A DNA stretch of 64,000 nt from a bacterium (GTDB taxonomy: Bacteria; Patescibacteriota; Saccharimonadia; Saccharimonadales; SZUA-47): positions 12,248-76,247 of the forward strand of contig JAUHXF010000002.1 in NCBI GenBank assembly GCA_030427125.1. Direction: 5' to 3'. Below are positions 21,828-29,926 of the stretch, piece after piece (the stretch's first letter is position 1; each line of letters begins with the position of its first letter). The notes beneath the pieces were generated by a model that worked only from the letters and a program-made list of their open reading frames with translations, ran no database searches and was not told where the DNA came from. The position numbers and the translations under genes are program-made.

Positions 21828-21863
21828 TGTGCTAAGCATAAAAGAAATAAAAGTGGAGAGGGT

Positions 21864-22901
21864 ATGAACATCCAACGATTTATTAAGTTAAACACAAGAG
21901 CATTAGCTGTAATTCTATTTGCTGCAACAATAATGTTGGGACTTTTTGGGTACACAACAGCACAAGAAGGTGGTGGAAGTGGAGTCAGCGTATCTCCAAC
22001 ACGGACAGAATTACCAATTTTACCTGGTGATTCCGAAGAAGTTACTATCTCAGTCCGAAACATTACATCAGCCGATATCATTGCAAGACCAGTATTGAAC
22101 GACTTCGAAGCTGATGGTGATGGCGGTAGTCCAAGGCTACTTGGTCCTGACGAGGAATCAGCACAATCTCTTGCAAGTTTCATAAAAGGACTTGACGATG
22201 TGCAGCTGGCCCCAGAAGAGTCAAAAGACATCACGTTCACCGTTGATGTCCCACAAGAAGCATTCCCAGGTGGGTATTATGGAGCAATCCGCTTCCAGGC
22301 AATCCCAGTGAACGAGAGTGGTGAAGAAAACCCAGGTCAGATTTCATTGACTGCAAGCGTTGCGTCATTACTCTTTATCGAAGTTCCTGGTGATATTCTG
22401 GAAGACGTACAGGTTGATTATGTAAAGGCCTTTGTTGGTGAGAACACGGGCAGTATCTTTACCTCAAAGCCTGATTTTGCCGGTGTATCAATCACAAATA
22501 ATGGCGGTAGCTTCATTAAGCCATTTGGTCCTGTTCGGGTTGAGAATTTCAGTGGTGATACTATTCTGACGTACGAAATAAACAACCAAGACCCACGTGG
22601 CAATGTGCTCCCTGATAGCACGCGTACATTCCGTGATCAGCTGCTTGTTCAAGAAACAACAGTCATTAATGGTGAAGAATCGACCGAAGAGTACAATCCG
22701 ATTAAATGGCCAGGTCGCTACAAAATCACTGCAGATGTTTCATACGGAAATGGCGGTGAAATATTCACCGTATCAAGCACATTCTGGTATGTACCGAGTT
22801 GGTTAATTATCGCATTAGTCATCCTTGTTGCGTCACTCATCGGCTTAGGATTCTATCTGTACCGCAAGAATTCAACAAAGACTACTCGTCGACGTAGATA
22901 A
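21864..22901 (+). CDS. Membrane-anchored two-domain surface protein P5, with an architecture like WxL-interacting proteins (DUF916/PF06030 + DUF3324/PF11797)
   Basis: After a signal peptide, domain 1 reads VSVSPTRTELPILPGDSEEVTISVRN...AFPGGYYGAIRFQ. Domain 2 reads LLFIEVPGD...WPGRYKITADVSYG. The C-terminal TM is followed by a basic tail, YRKNSTKTTRRRR. The family assignment comes from pattern recognition only. Confidence 0.75.
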   Translation: MNIQRFIKLNTRALAVILFAATIMLGLFGYTTAQEGGGSGVSVSPTRTELPILPGDSEEVTISVRNITSADIIARPVLNDFEADGDGGSPRLLGPDEESAQSLASFIKGLDDVQLAPEESKDITFTVDVPQEAFPGGYYGAIRFQAIPVNESGEENPGQISLTASVASLLFIEVPGDILEDVQVDYVKAFVGENTGSIFTSKPDFAGVSITNNGGSFIKPFGPVRVENFSGDTILTYEINNQDPRGNVLPDSTRTFRDQLLVQETTVINGEESTEEYNPIKWPGRYKITADVSYGNGGEIFTVSSTFWYVPSWLIIALVILVASLIGLGFYLYRKNSTKTTRRRR

Positions 22902-22924
22902 GTAATTGCACATTACATTAAAGA

Positions 22925-22946
22925 AGCCCCACAATGGGGCTTTTTT
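22925..22946 (+). terminator. Rho-independent terminator after the P5 gene
   Basis: The sequence agcccc-acaat-ggggct is followed by TTTTTT. Confidence 0.85.
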
Positions 22947-22952
22947 AATGGT

Positions 22953-22981
22953 TGTGCTTTTGGTGCGTCTCCGTTACAATT
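22953..22981 (+). promoter_or_regulatory. Putative promoter TTGTGC-N17-TACAAT for the P6 gene
   Basis: The sequence reads ggTTGTGCttttggtgcgtctccgtTACAATt, upstream of ATG 23017. Confidence 0.45.
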
Positions 22982-23016
22982 ATAAAGTTATTAATACATA
23001 ACAAAAACAGGTAAAA

Positions 23017-23970
23017 ATGAAAAAATCCCACGTAACGTGGCAGAAAGCCAAGCATCTGTTGGTGGTCGCATCATTTAGCGTCGCCGCATTTTTCTTGGTT
23101 TTAGGAGCCTCACCAACCAGTGCACAGTCCTCAGACCCAGAGCAATCTGGGTCTGTTGGTCTTACGGGCACCATAAGTGCTCCGCCGCCGACAGAAGGGG
23201 CTCGAATTAGCAACCCGAGCAACGGACAGAGCTTTACGGAAGTGCCTGTGCCAGTGCGCGGTTCTTGCCCAACTGGGTTGCTCGTGAAGTTGTTTAAGAA
23301 TAATGTCTTCGCAGGGTCGCAACAATGTGAAAATGGTAGTTTTGCAATCGATATTGACCTATTCACCGGCGAGAACGAGCTTGTAGCGCGTGTTTTTGAT
23401 GATTTAGACCAACCTGGACCAGATTCGAACATTGTCACAGTGAATTTCATAGACAATAGAGCAGGCGCAGGCACACGAGTGAGCGTCACAAGTAATTTTG
23501 CGAAAAGAGGTGTGAATCCCGGTCAGACGCTGACGTGGCCAATAATTATTAGTGGCGGTTCAGGTCCTTATGCAATTAGTGTTGACTGGGGTGACGGCAC
23601 ATCACCAGATCTACTCAGCGAGCCTTTCCCGGGTAATATTGATATTCAGCATATATATGAGGCTGCAGGTGTATATAACATTGTCGTGAAGGTAAGTGAC
23701 AATAATGGCAATGTGGCCTTCTTGCAGTTAGTGGGTGTGGCGAATGGGCCGCTATCGCAGGTTGGACCAGACGGACAGCCTCTGGCGAATGCTGGCCAGG
23801 ATGATAGCATAGAGTTCTTCGCATCAGGCGGTAATACCGTTCTTGTGTGGTGGCCTGCTACTTTGACAATACCGTTTGTTATTACGACCTTCTGGCTTGG
23901 GAAGAAACACATGGTTCGTGTAATGAAGAAACGTATTCAGCAGGGCGAACACCCTTTCGCCGACCTTTAG
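23017..23970 (+). CDS. Secreted PKD-domain protein P6 with a C-terminal TM anchor
   Basis: It has a signal peptide (...GASPTSAQS). The PKD signature is YAISVDWGDGTSPD...HIYEAAGVYNIVVKVSDNNGN. The C-terminal TM is LVWWPATLTIPFVITTFWLG, followed by KKHMVRVMKKR. Confidence 0.85.
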   Translation: MKKSHVTWQKAKHLLVVASFSVAAFFLVLGASPTSAQSSDPEQSGSVGLTGTISAPPPTEGARISNPSNGQSFTEVPVPVRGSCPTGLLVKLFKNNVFAGSQQCENGSFAIDIDLFTGENELVARVFDDLDQPGPDSNIVTVNFIDNRAGAGTRVSVTSNFAKRGVNPGQTLTWPIIISGGSGPYAISVDWGDGTSPDLLSEPFPGNIDIQHIYEAAGVYNIVVKVSDNNGNVAFLQLVGVANGPLSQVGPDGQPLANAGQDDSIEFFASGGNTVLVWWPATLTIPFVITTFWLGKKHMVRVMKKRIQQGEHPFADL

Positions 23971-23995
23971 GAATTCTATATACTTTCAGTGCAGA

Positions 23996-24493
23996 TTAGT
24001 CTAAAACTACAATACCCTTGTATTTTGCTATAGTGAGTAGTTTTTCAACATCTTCCTTTATTGCTGAGCAGTCCTTAGGGCTCAAAGGTTTGAAATTATC
24101 ATAGTACCCAGATTCTCTTGGTGGGAAGACCAGCGCCTCCGGAAAAGGTTGAAAGCTAGGGTGGTTAGTTGGGTGTTTTTCATCACTTGTTCTAACGTAT
24201 AAATGTACGTGTAGTTTTGGGTTTGCGGGGTTATTTTTATACGCCCAATTGCCGTTGTCTTGGTAATTGATACGCACCACATCTAAGCCTAATCGTTTTA
24301 ATGCAAGCATTGTCGCCTCTCCTGTTAGCATGGTTAGCTTCATAAGCTCTTCCGCGATAGCAGATGGCATTTCGAATCGATGTACAAAATTTTCTTTGGG
24401 TCGAATAACGATATGACCACCATTTTCTCTCGAATGGTGAGGCTGACTGTGGCTTTCAACAATAAAGTTGGAAGTTTCTAGTATAAGGGGCAT
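23996..24493 (-). CDS. HIT-like family protein with a variant histidine triad (H-V-H-L-Y)
   Basis: NFIVESHSQPHHSRENGGHIVIRPK and KLHVHLYVR have HIT-like spacing. ATG 24493 is preferred over the GTG at 24520 in the ORF track, because a TATACT -10 lies 6 nt upstream of it. Confidence 0.65.
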   Translation of the reverse strand: MPLILETSNFIVESHSQPHHSRENGGHIVIRPKENFVHRFEMPSAIAEELMKLTMLTGEATMLALKRLGLDVVRINYQDNGNWAYKNNPANPKLHVHLYVRTSDEKHPTNHPSFQPFPEALVFPPRESGYYDNFKPLSPKDCSAIKEDVEKLLTIAKYKGIVVLD

Positions 24494-24499
24494 ATCAAC

Positions 24500-24530
24500 A
24501 GTATAGACTAACTCTCGCACCTGTTAAAAT
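24500..24530. promoter_or_regulatory. Back-to-back divergent -10 boxes in the 45-bp HIT/mnmA intergenic region
   Basis: On the - strand, TATACT (24505-24500) lies 6 nt from ATG 24493. On the + strand, TGtTAAAAT (24522-24530) lies 8 nt from ATG 24539. Confidence 0.45.
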
Positions 24531-24538
24531 AAAGTGAT

Positions 24539-25648
24539 ATGACTAAAAAAGTATACGTTGGTTTGTCAGGTGGGGTGGATTCGTCAGTGACGGCTGCTTT
24601 GCTGGTTGAGCAAGGCTATGATGTAACTGGTGTCTATATGAAGAACTGGTCGAAAGATTTGCCCGGTTTCCCATGTCCGTGGAAGGAAGACTATCAGGAT
24701 GCAAAGCGGGTTGCAGTCCGCTTAGGCATACCATTTGAGCTGTGGGATTTTGAGAAGGAGTATTTCGAAAAAGTTGTGCAGTACATGCTTGAAGGGTTTA
24801 AAGCGGGTATAACACCGAATCCTGACATCATGTGTAATCAGGAAATAAAGTTCAAGCTTTTTTACGAATTAGCGATGGAGAAGGGGGCTGACTTCATTGC
24901 TACGGGGCACTATTCTAAAGTGTTAAATGAAGAGACCAAAAGCGGATTTATCTCCGATTTAAATCCGCTTTCACACGGCGGTATGCTTATGAAAGCTGAG
25001 GATGACAATAAAGATCAGACATATTTTCTCTATCGCGTTACTGAGGAAGCGCTCGCTCATACGCTCTTCCCGCTTGGCGACATGACGAAGCCGCAGGTGC
25101 GAGATGAAGCAAAGAAACGAGGATTAATAACGGCAAACAAGAAAGAATCGATGGGTATTTGTTTTGTCGGAAAAGTTGGCATCCGTGAGTTCTTAGAGCA
25201 ATATCTGGCGGACTTTGTGAGAGAACAAGGTCCTGGCGATATCGTTGACCAGCACGGCAAGGTTATTGGAGAGCATGATGGAGCAATTTTCTACACGATT
25301 GGTCAGCGACACGGACTCGACGTTGGCGGTGGGCTGCCGTATTACGTGACAGGTAAGGATATGAAGAAAAACGAAGTCTACGTCACGAATAATATTCAAG
25401 ACGAGAGTCTGTGGTCTGACACAATGAAACTAAGTGAAACCCATTGGATAAATCAACCACCCCAAAAGGACAAAATGTACCAAGTCCGCACGCGCCATCG
25501 CGCTCCACTTGTAAATTGCAAATTTCTTGAAATTACAGCTGATAAAGCTGAAGTTAAACTGGACGAAAAGCTACGGGCACTAACTGCCGGCCAGTCGGCC
25601 GTCTTCTACGATGGAGACGTCTGCATCGGTGGCGGAGTTATCGTTTAG
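24539..25648 (+). CDS. mnmA: tRNA 2-thiouridine(34) synthase
   Basis: The PP-loop VGLSGGVDSSV, NPDIMCN, ATGHY and KDQTYFL motifs are present. Confidence 0.95.
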   Translation: MTKKVYVGLSGGVDSSVTAALLVEQGYDVTGVYMKNWSKDLPGFPCPWKEDYQDAKRVAVRLGIPFELWDFEKEYFEKVVQYMLEGFKAGITPNPDIMCNQEIKFKLFYELAMEKGADFIATGHYSKVLNEETKSGFISDLNPLSHGGMLMKAEDDNKDQTYFLYRVTEEALAHTLFPLGDMTKPQVRDEAKKRGLITANKKESMGICFVGKVGIREFLEQYLADFVREQGPGDIVDQHGKVIGEHDGAIFYTIGQRHGLDVGGGLPYYVTGKDMKKNEVYVTNNIQDESLWSDTMKLSETHWINQPPQKDKMYQVRTRHRAPLVNCKFLEITADKAEVKLDEKLRALTAGQSAVFYDGDVCIGGGVIV

Positions 25649-26319
25649 ATATATTTATAGTCCCAAGAAGCATCTACGAATTGTAATTCAGAATAATCAG
25701 AAATTAATAGTTTATGGATTTTCGTAGCAAGTTCTGATGGTTCGATGGCAATTTTCTTAACTTTTTCTTGCTGCTTCTTAGTTCTACCCTCAAGCAACAA
25801 TGGAGTAAGAACCGGCCCAGGAAATACTTTCTTTACTCTAATATCTTTTCTGGTGAGGGCTAAAATATCTGACATTATAGATGTCGTAGCTTTTGTGATC
25901 GCGTAAAGTCCAGGATCGGGGACTGGTTCTAAAACATATCCTGATGCTATCTGAATCATTGTGCTATGGTTTCCAAGTTTTGGGGCTGCAAATTTCATAG
26001 CGAGCCAATTTGCTTTAACGTTATTATCGAACATGTATTGGAAATCTTCTTCACTTGAGTCAAAGATTGTGCCTCTTCGTATTACCCCAGCAGTTAAAAC
26101 TAAGAGATCAACACGAGAGTCTATCTTTTTGATAGCAGCTTCAATGTCTTCACTCACAGATAAATCAGTTTGGATGAATGTAATCTTGTTGTTTTCAAGC
26201 GGTGGTTTCGTGATATCAAGAATGTAGACCCTCTCAAATTCATCTATCAGAGTTCTGACGATAGAGCTACCAATGACACCACTACCTCCGGTTACAATTG
26301 CAGTTTTTTTATCGCTCAT
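25645..26319 (-). CDS. SDR-family (short-chain dehydrogenase/reductase) oxidoreductase
   Basis: The TGGSGVIGS Rossmann motif and YAITK (YxxxK) are present. It overlaps mnmA convergently by 4 nt. Confidence 0.85.
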   Translation of the reverse strand: MSDKKTAIVTGGSGVIGSSIVRTLIDEFERVYILDITKPPLENNKITFIQTDLSVSEDIEAAIKKIDSRVDLLVLTAGVIRRGTIFDSSEEDFQYMFDNNVKANWLAMKFAAPKLGNHSTMIQIASGYVLEPVPDPGLYAITKATTSIMSDILALTRKDIRVKKVFPGPVLTPLLLEGRTKKQQEKVKKIAIEPSELATKIHKLLISDYSELQFVDASWDYKYI

Positions 26320-26488
26320 ATTATCAATATAGTATCAAACACCTGAAACTAGGAATAATCTGTTAAAATACAGTTATGAAAATTTCTATTGCAAAGCTAT
26401 ATTCTCAAGGTTCTGCCCGCGCGAATGCCCTAGGGCTGTAGTGTTTACTTTGCCAAAAATATAGAAATTAACTCTTTAGAAAGACGAT

Positions 26489-28432
26489 ATGAACGCACAA
26501 GATATACGAAACAAGTATTTAAAATTTTTTGAGGAACGAGGGCATACAGTTATCCCGCGGGCTTTGCTGGTTCCGAAAGAAGACGCAACAACTCTTTTCA
26601 CGGGGTCAGGTATGCAGCAATTGATGCCATATCTGCTCGGTCAAGACCACCCAGAGGGTAATCGACTAGTGGATAGCCAAACATGTCTGCGCGCACAAGA
26701 CATTGATGATATTGGCGATAATCGACATACGACCTTCTTTGAAATGCTCGGTAATTGGTCATTGGGTGATTATTTCAAGAAAGAACAGATTCGCTGGTTC
26801 TTCGAATTCCTCGTTGATGAAGTGGGACTAGACCCGAGTCGCATCTACGCAACGTGTTTTATCGGTGATGAGGAAAATGGAATTCCGAAAGACACAACAT
26901 CGGCTGAAATCTGGCAGGAACTATTCAAGGAACGTGGTATCGATGCAAAAGTCGTCGACCTTGGAACAGCTGACAATGGCGACAAAGTCGGTATGCAAGG
27001 AGGTCGGATATTCTACTACGATGATCAAGAAAACTGGTGGAGTCGTGGTGGTGGTATCGCGCAAACACCAATCGGTGATCCATGTGGGCCTGACTCGGAA
27101 GTGTTCTATGACTTTGGTGAGGAGCTTCATGATGAGGCTGAGTGGGGCAAACCACACCCTGCTAATGATTCAGGGCGGTTTATTGAGATAGGAAACCAAG
27201 TCTTCATGCAGTATCAGCGGACTGAAGATGGGTTCGTTGAGTTGCCGAATCAAAATGTTGATTTCGGCGGCGGTCTAGAGCGTATCGCAGCAGCTGCAAT
27301 CGACAGTCCGGACGTATTTAAGGTAAGTGTCTTATGGCCGATCATACAGAAGATTGAAGAACTATCTAACAAGAAGTATGATTTTACGTCAGGTGATTTG
27401 GGTTACGATGAAATGCCAGAATGCTGGCTTGACGACATGAAAGCGATGCGGGTGATTGCAGATCATTTACGTGCTGCAATGTTCCTGGCTGTTGACGGCG
27501 TAAAGCCGAGCAACAAAGAACAAGGCTATGTCATGCGTCGTTTGATGCGACGGGCAATCCTCAAAGCATTTAACCTTGGTATAGAGCAGAACTTCGTACA
27601 AGAAATCGCACCAGTGATCGCTGAATCGTACCGCGCAGATTTCCCTGAACTGGCTGAGAATGAAGAAGAGGTCGTCGCAACGCTTGTCAAAGAAGAGAAA
27701 GCCTTCAAACAGACAATTCGCAAAGGCTTGCGACAGTTCGATCGATTAGCTGAAGATGGTGTGACAGGCGAAGAAGTGTTCACGCTCTACGACACCTATG
27801 GATTCCCAGTAGAGTTGAGCGTAGAAGAAGCCGATAAGCGTGAAATTAAGCTAGATGATAACTGGAAAGAAGCGTTTGATGCAAAGATGCAAGAACAGCG
27901 CGAACGTTCACAGACTGCAGCGAAAGGAACGTTTAAGGGCGGACTTGGTGGACAGACGATGCAACACAAGAAATACCACACAGCAACGCATCTCATGTAT
28001 CAAGCACTGCGTGATGTGCTTGGCGATCATGTCGTCCAGCATGGCTCTAATATCACAGAAGAACGACTGCGTTTTGACTTTTCTCATCCAGAGAAGATGA
28101 CCGACGAAGAGAAGAAGCAGGTTGAAGACATAGTTAACGAGCAGATAGCCAAGGACCTACAGGTATCGTTCGCAGAATATCCGACAGAGGAGGCGACTGG
28201 GCCTCTAGGGGCCCTGGGGCAGTTTGGTGACCGTTATGGAGATGTCGTGAAGGTGTATTCGATGAAAGACGCAGACGAACCAGAAGACAAGCGTCCGTTC
28301 AGCTTTGAAATTTGTGGCGGTCCGCATGTGGACCATACCAAGCAGCTGGCTGAAGACGGTAAGAAGTTCAAAATTACCAAAGAGCAGTCGAGTTCCGCCG
28401 GTATTCGACGTATAAAAGCAGTCTTGAAATAG
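26489..28432 (+). CDS. alaS: Alanyl-tRNA synthetase, short form (647 aa, no C-Ala domain)
   Basis: It has the N-terminus IRNKYLKFFEERGHTVIP, FTGSGMQQ, NWSLGDYFK, and the editing-domain motifs HTATHLM and CGGPHV. Confidence 0.93.
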   Translation: MNAQDIRNKYLKFFEERGHTVIPRALLVPKEDATTLFTGSGMQQLMPYLLGQDHPEGNRLVDSQTCLRAQDIDDIGDNRHTTFFEMLGNWSLGDYFKKEQIRWFFEFLVDEVGLDPSRIYATCFIGDEENGIPKDTTSAEIWQELFKERGIDAKVVDLGTADNGDKVGMQGGRIFYYDDQENWWSRGGGIAQTPIGDPCGPDSEVFYDFGEELHDEAEWGKPHPANDSGRFIEIGNQVFMQYQRTEDGFVELPNQNVDFGGGLERIAAAAIDSPDVFKVSVLWPIIQKIEELSNKKYDFTSGDLGYDEMPECWLDDMKAMRVIADHLRAAMFLAVDGVKPSNKEQGYVMRRLMRRAILKAFNLGIEQNFVQEIAPVIAESYRADFPELAENEEEVVATLVKEEKAFKQTIRKGLRQFDRLAEDGVTGEEVFTLYDTYGFPVELSVEEADKREIKLDDNWKEAFDAKMQEQRERSQTAAKGTFKGGLGGQTMQHKKYHTATHLMYQALRDVLGDHVVQHGSNITEERLRFDFSHPEKMTDEEKKQVEDIVNEQIAKDLQVSFAEYPTEEATGPLGALGQFGDRYGDVVKVYSMKDADEPEDKRPFSFEICGGPHVDHTKQLAEDGKKFKITKEQSSSAGIRRIKAVLK

Positions 28433-28485
28433 TTGCTTTTTATATACCCAGCAGGTACTATTCGACGAAAGATAAGGAAATAAAT

Positions 28486-28710
28486 ATGGGCGTACAAATA
28501 TCACGAACATCTCCTGTTCGACTAGCAGGTCGTTTTAGCCGTAAAGGTCAAGAAATTGTAAGATTTGAATGTAATAGGTGTGAAAAGCCTGCACTTGTAC
28601 CTAATGGCGACTTCGAGGACGGGAATAGTGCTCGTATTCTAGAGCAATTAGGCAGGGCAGGGCTTTGTAGCGGTGTCGTGGACTGTATCGTCTTTGAAGA
28701 GTGTGATTAA
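28486..28710 (+). CDS. Small Cys-containing hypothetical protein
   Basis: A 74-aa ORF with CNRC plus C-x5-C-x6-C. It is the first of three orphan ORFs between alaS and ftsA. Confidence 0.4.
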   Translation: MGVQISRTSPVRLAGRFSRKGQEIVRFECNRCEKPALVPNGDFEDGNSARILEQLGRAGLCSGVVDCIVFEECD

Positions 28711-28784
28711 TATCACAGAAAAATAGTGATTTGGGGCGTAGTGTTTAGGTAACCTTTAGCAAAATAAAAAAGGTCAACGCATAA

Positions 28785-29561
28785 ATGCCTCCATTCCATC
28801 CTAAGCAAGGTCTAGAAGTTCGCTGTAGTGTAGATGACATCAAAACAGCGTCAATAATGGATGCGCTGTTACTAACTCCAGATGTAGATAAAGAATCCGG
28901 CCGACAGCCGGATTTTTTAGTTGATGACGAAGATTACTTTGAATTTCACCCTCGAACAGTCATGACTATTAATACCGTTGTATACCCAGAAAATATGGGA
29001 GACGTAGAGAGAATGGCTGGTTGTCGTGCAGAATCTCTTCACATAGAATTCCCTAATTCACTGGACGGGCTGCTTGCATGGACAGTAACAATCGAAGGAA
29101 CAGAGTTGCTGCAAGAAGATCAACAACTCGTAACGGGGCCTCCAACTGACGATACAGGCCCTTGGATGTTGATCTCTAATAATATCCATACGCAAAAAAG
29201 TCGACATCTGCAAGGTGCATACAGTGCATTGTCCGATAGAGTCGGTCGCTGGCCAAAAACGAACGAAGAAGCTCAGCAATTGGTTGATGCATGGTCTGCA
29301 GAAAAACTGTTAAGCAGTGGTATTGAGATACCGGGGCTCATGGTTGCTAGTACCGTTGAGATAGGCGCAGTGAAAGATATAGTCGATGGTTTACAGCGGG
29401 ATGGCGTCGACGAGGCAGTCGTGTATAAGGCAGAAGACGCATGGCGAATCATGAGCTATGTCCCTGTCTCGGAGCGGGCTCCTGTTTCAGAGTTGCACGT
29501 CGCATCAGCGAAGACATTCCACTTAGATTTAATGCATGTTGGGGCAGCAGGAGGAGCATAA
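28785..29561 (+). CDS. Hypothetical protein (orphan)
   Basis: A 258-aa ORF with no recognisable motif and no signal peptide. Confidence 0.55.
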   Translation: MPPFHPKQGLEVRCSVDDIKTASIMDALLLTPDVDKESGRQPDFLVDDEDYFEFHPRTVMTINTVVYPENMGDVERMAGCRAESLHIEFPNSLDGLLAWTVTIEGTELLQEDQQLVTGPPTDDTGPWMLISNNIHTQKSRHLQGAYSALSDRVGRWPKTNEEAQQLVDAWSAEKLLSSGIEIPGLMVASTVEIGAVKDIVDGLQRDGVDEAVVYKAEDAWRIMSYVPVSERAPVSELHVASAKTFHLDLMHVGAAGGA

Positions 29562-29563
29562 GT

Positions 29564-29851
29564 ATGTATCACGTCATGAACCCTAACGAGGCGAAAGTAT
29601 ATAGCATTGAAACCTTTAGTGATGATTCAAATATGTTAGAGAGCTATCTACGAGGTACGTTACGAGCGGGTATAGTTCCACATGTAGAGCGTCATGATCT
29701 TGGCGTTACGGTTGTAACTCGACTACAAGCAGGCACCAGACATGATTTGGTACGTCTGGGATGTATCGATGATTGTGTAGAGGGTGATTTTACACCAGAG
29801 GCAGATGTTTTGTCGCGCATGGCGCAGTGTAGTATTGCTGCTGGCACATAA
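29564..29851 (+). CDS. Hypothetical protein (orphan)
   Basis: ATG 29564 is preceded by a GGAGGAG SD and lies 2 nt after the previous stop. The longer ORF-track form (29441) would overlap the upstream gene by 121 nt. Confidence 0.5.
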   Translation: MYHVMNPNEAKVYSIETFSDDSNMLESYLRGTLRAGIVPHVERHDLGVTVVTRLQAGTRHDLVRLGCIDDCVEGDFTPEADVLSRMAQCSIAAGT

Positions 29852-29908
29852 ACAAACTTCCAAGCTGATAATAATTGTGCTTTACATCTGTTTTATGCAG
29901 ATTGCGCG

Positions 29909-29917
29909 TGCTACAAT
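29909..29917 (+). promoter_or_regulatory. Extended -10 TGcTACAAT, 9 nt upstream of the ftsA ATG
   Basis: The sequence reads gcgTGcTACAATaaaacggatATG. Confidence 0.45.
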
Positions 29918-29926
29918 AAAACGGAT

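Noticed and set aside
21791-23489. - strand ORFs 21791-22240 and 22980-23489.
   Set aside because: They are antisense to the P5 and P6 genes, which have signal peptides, domain signatures, an SD or promoter, and a terminator.
29441-29563. The N-terminal extension of the 136-aa ORF in the track.
   Set aside because: It would overlap the preceding gene by 121 nt. An internal ATG at 29564 has a strong GGAGGAG SD and lies 2 nt after the upstream stop.
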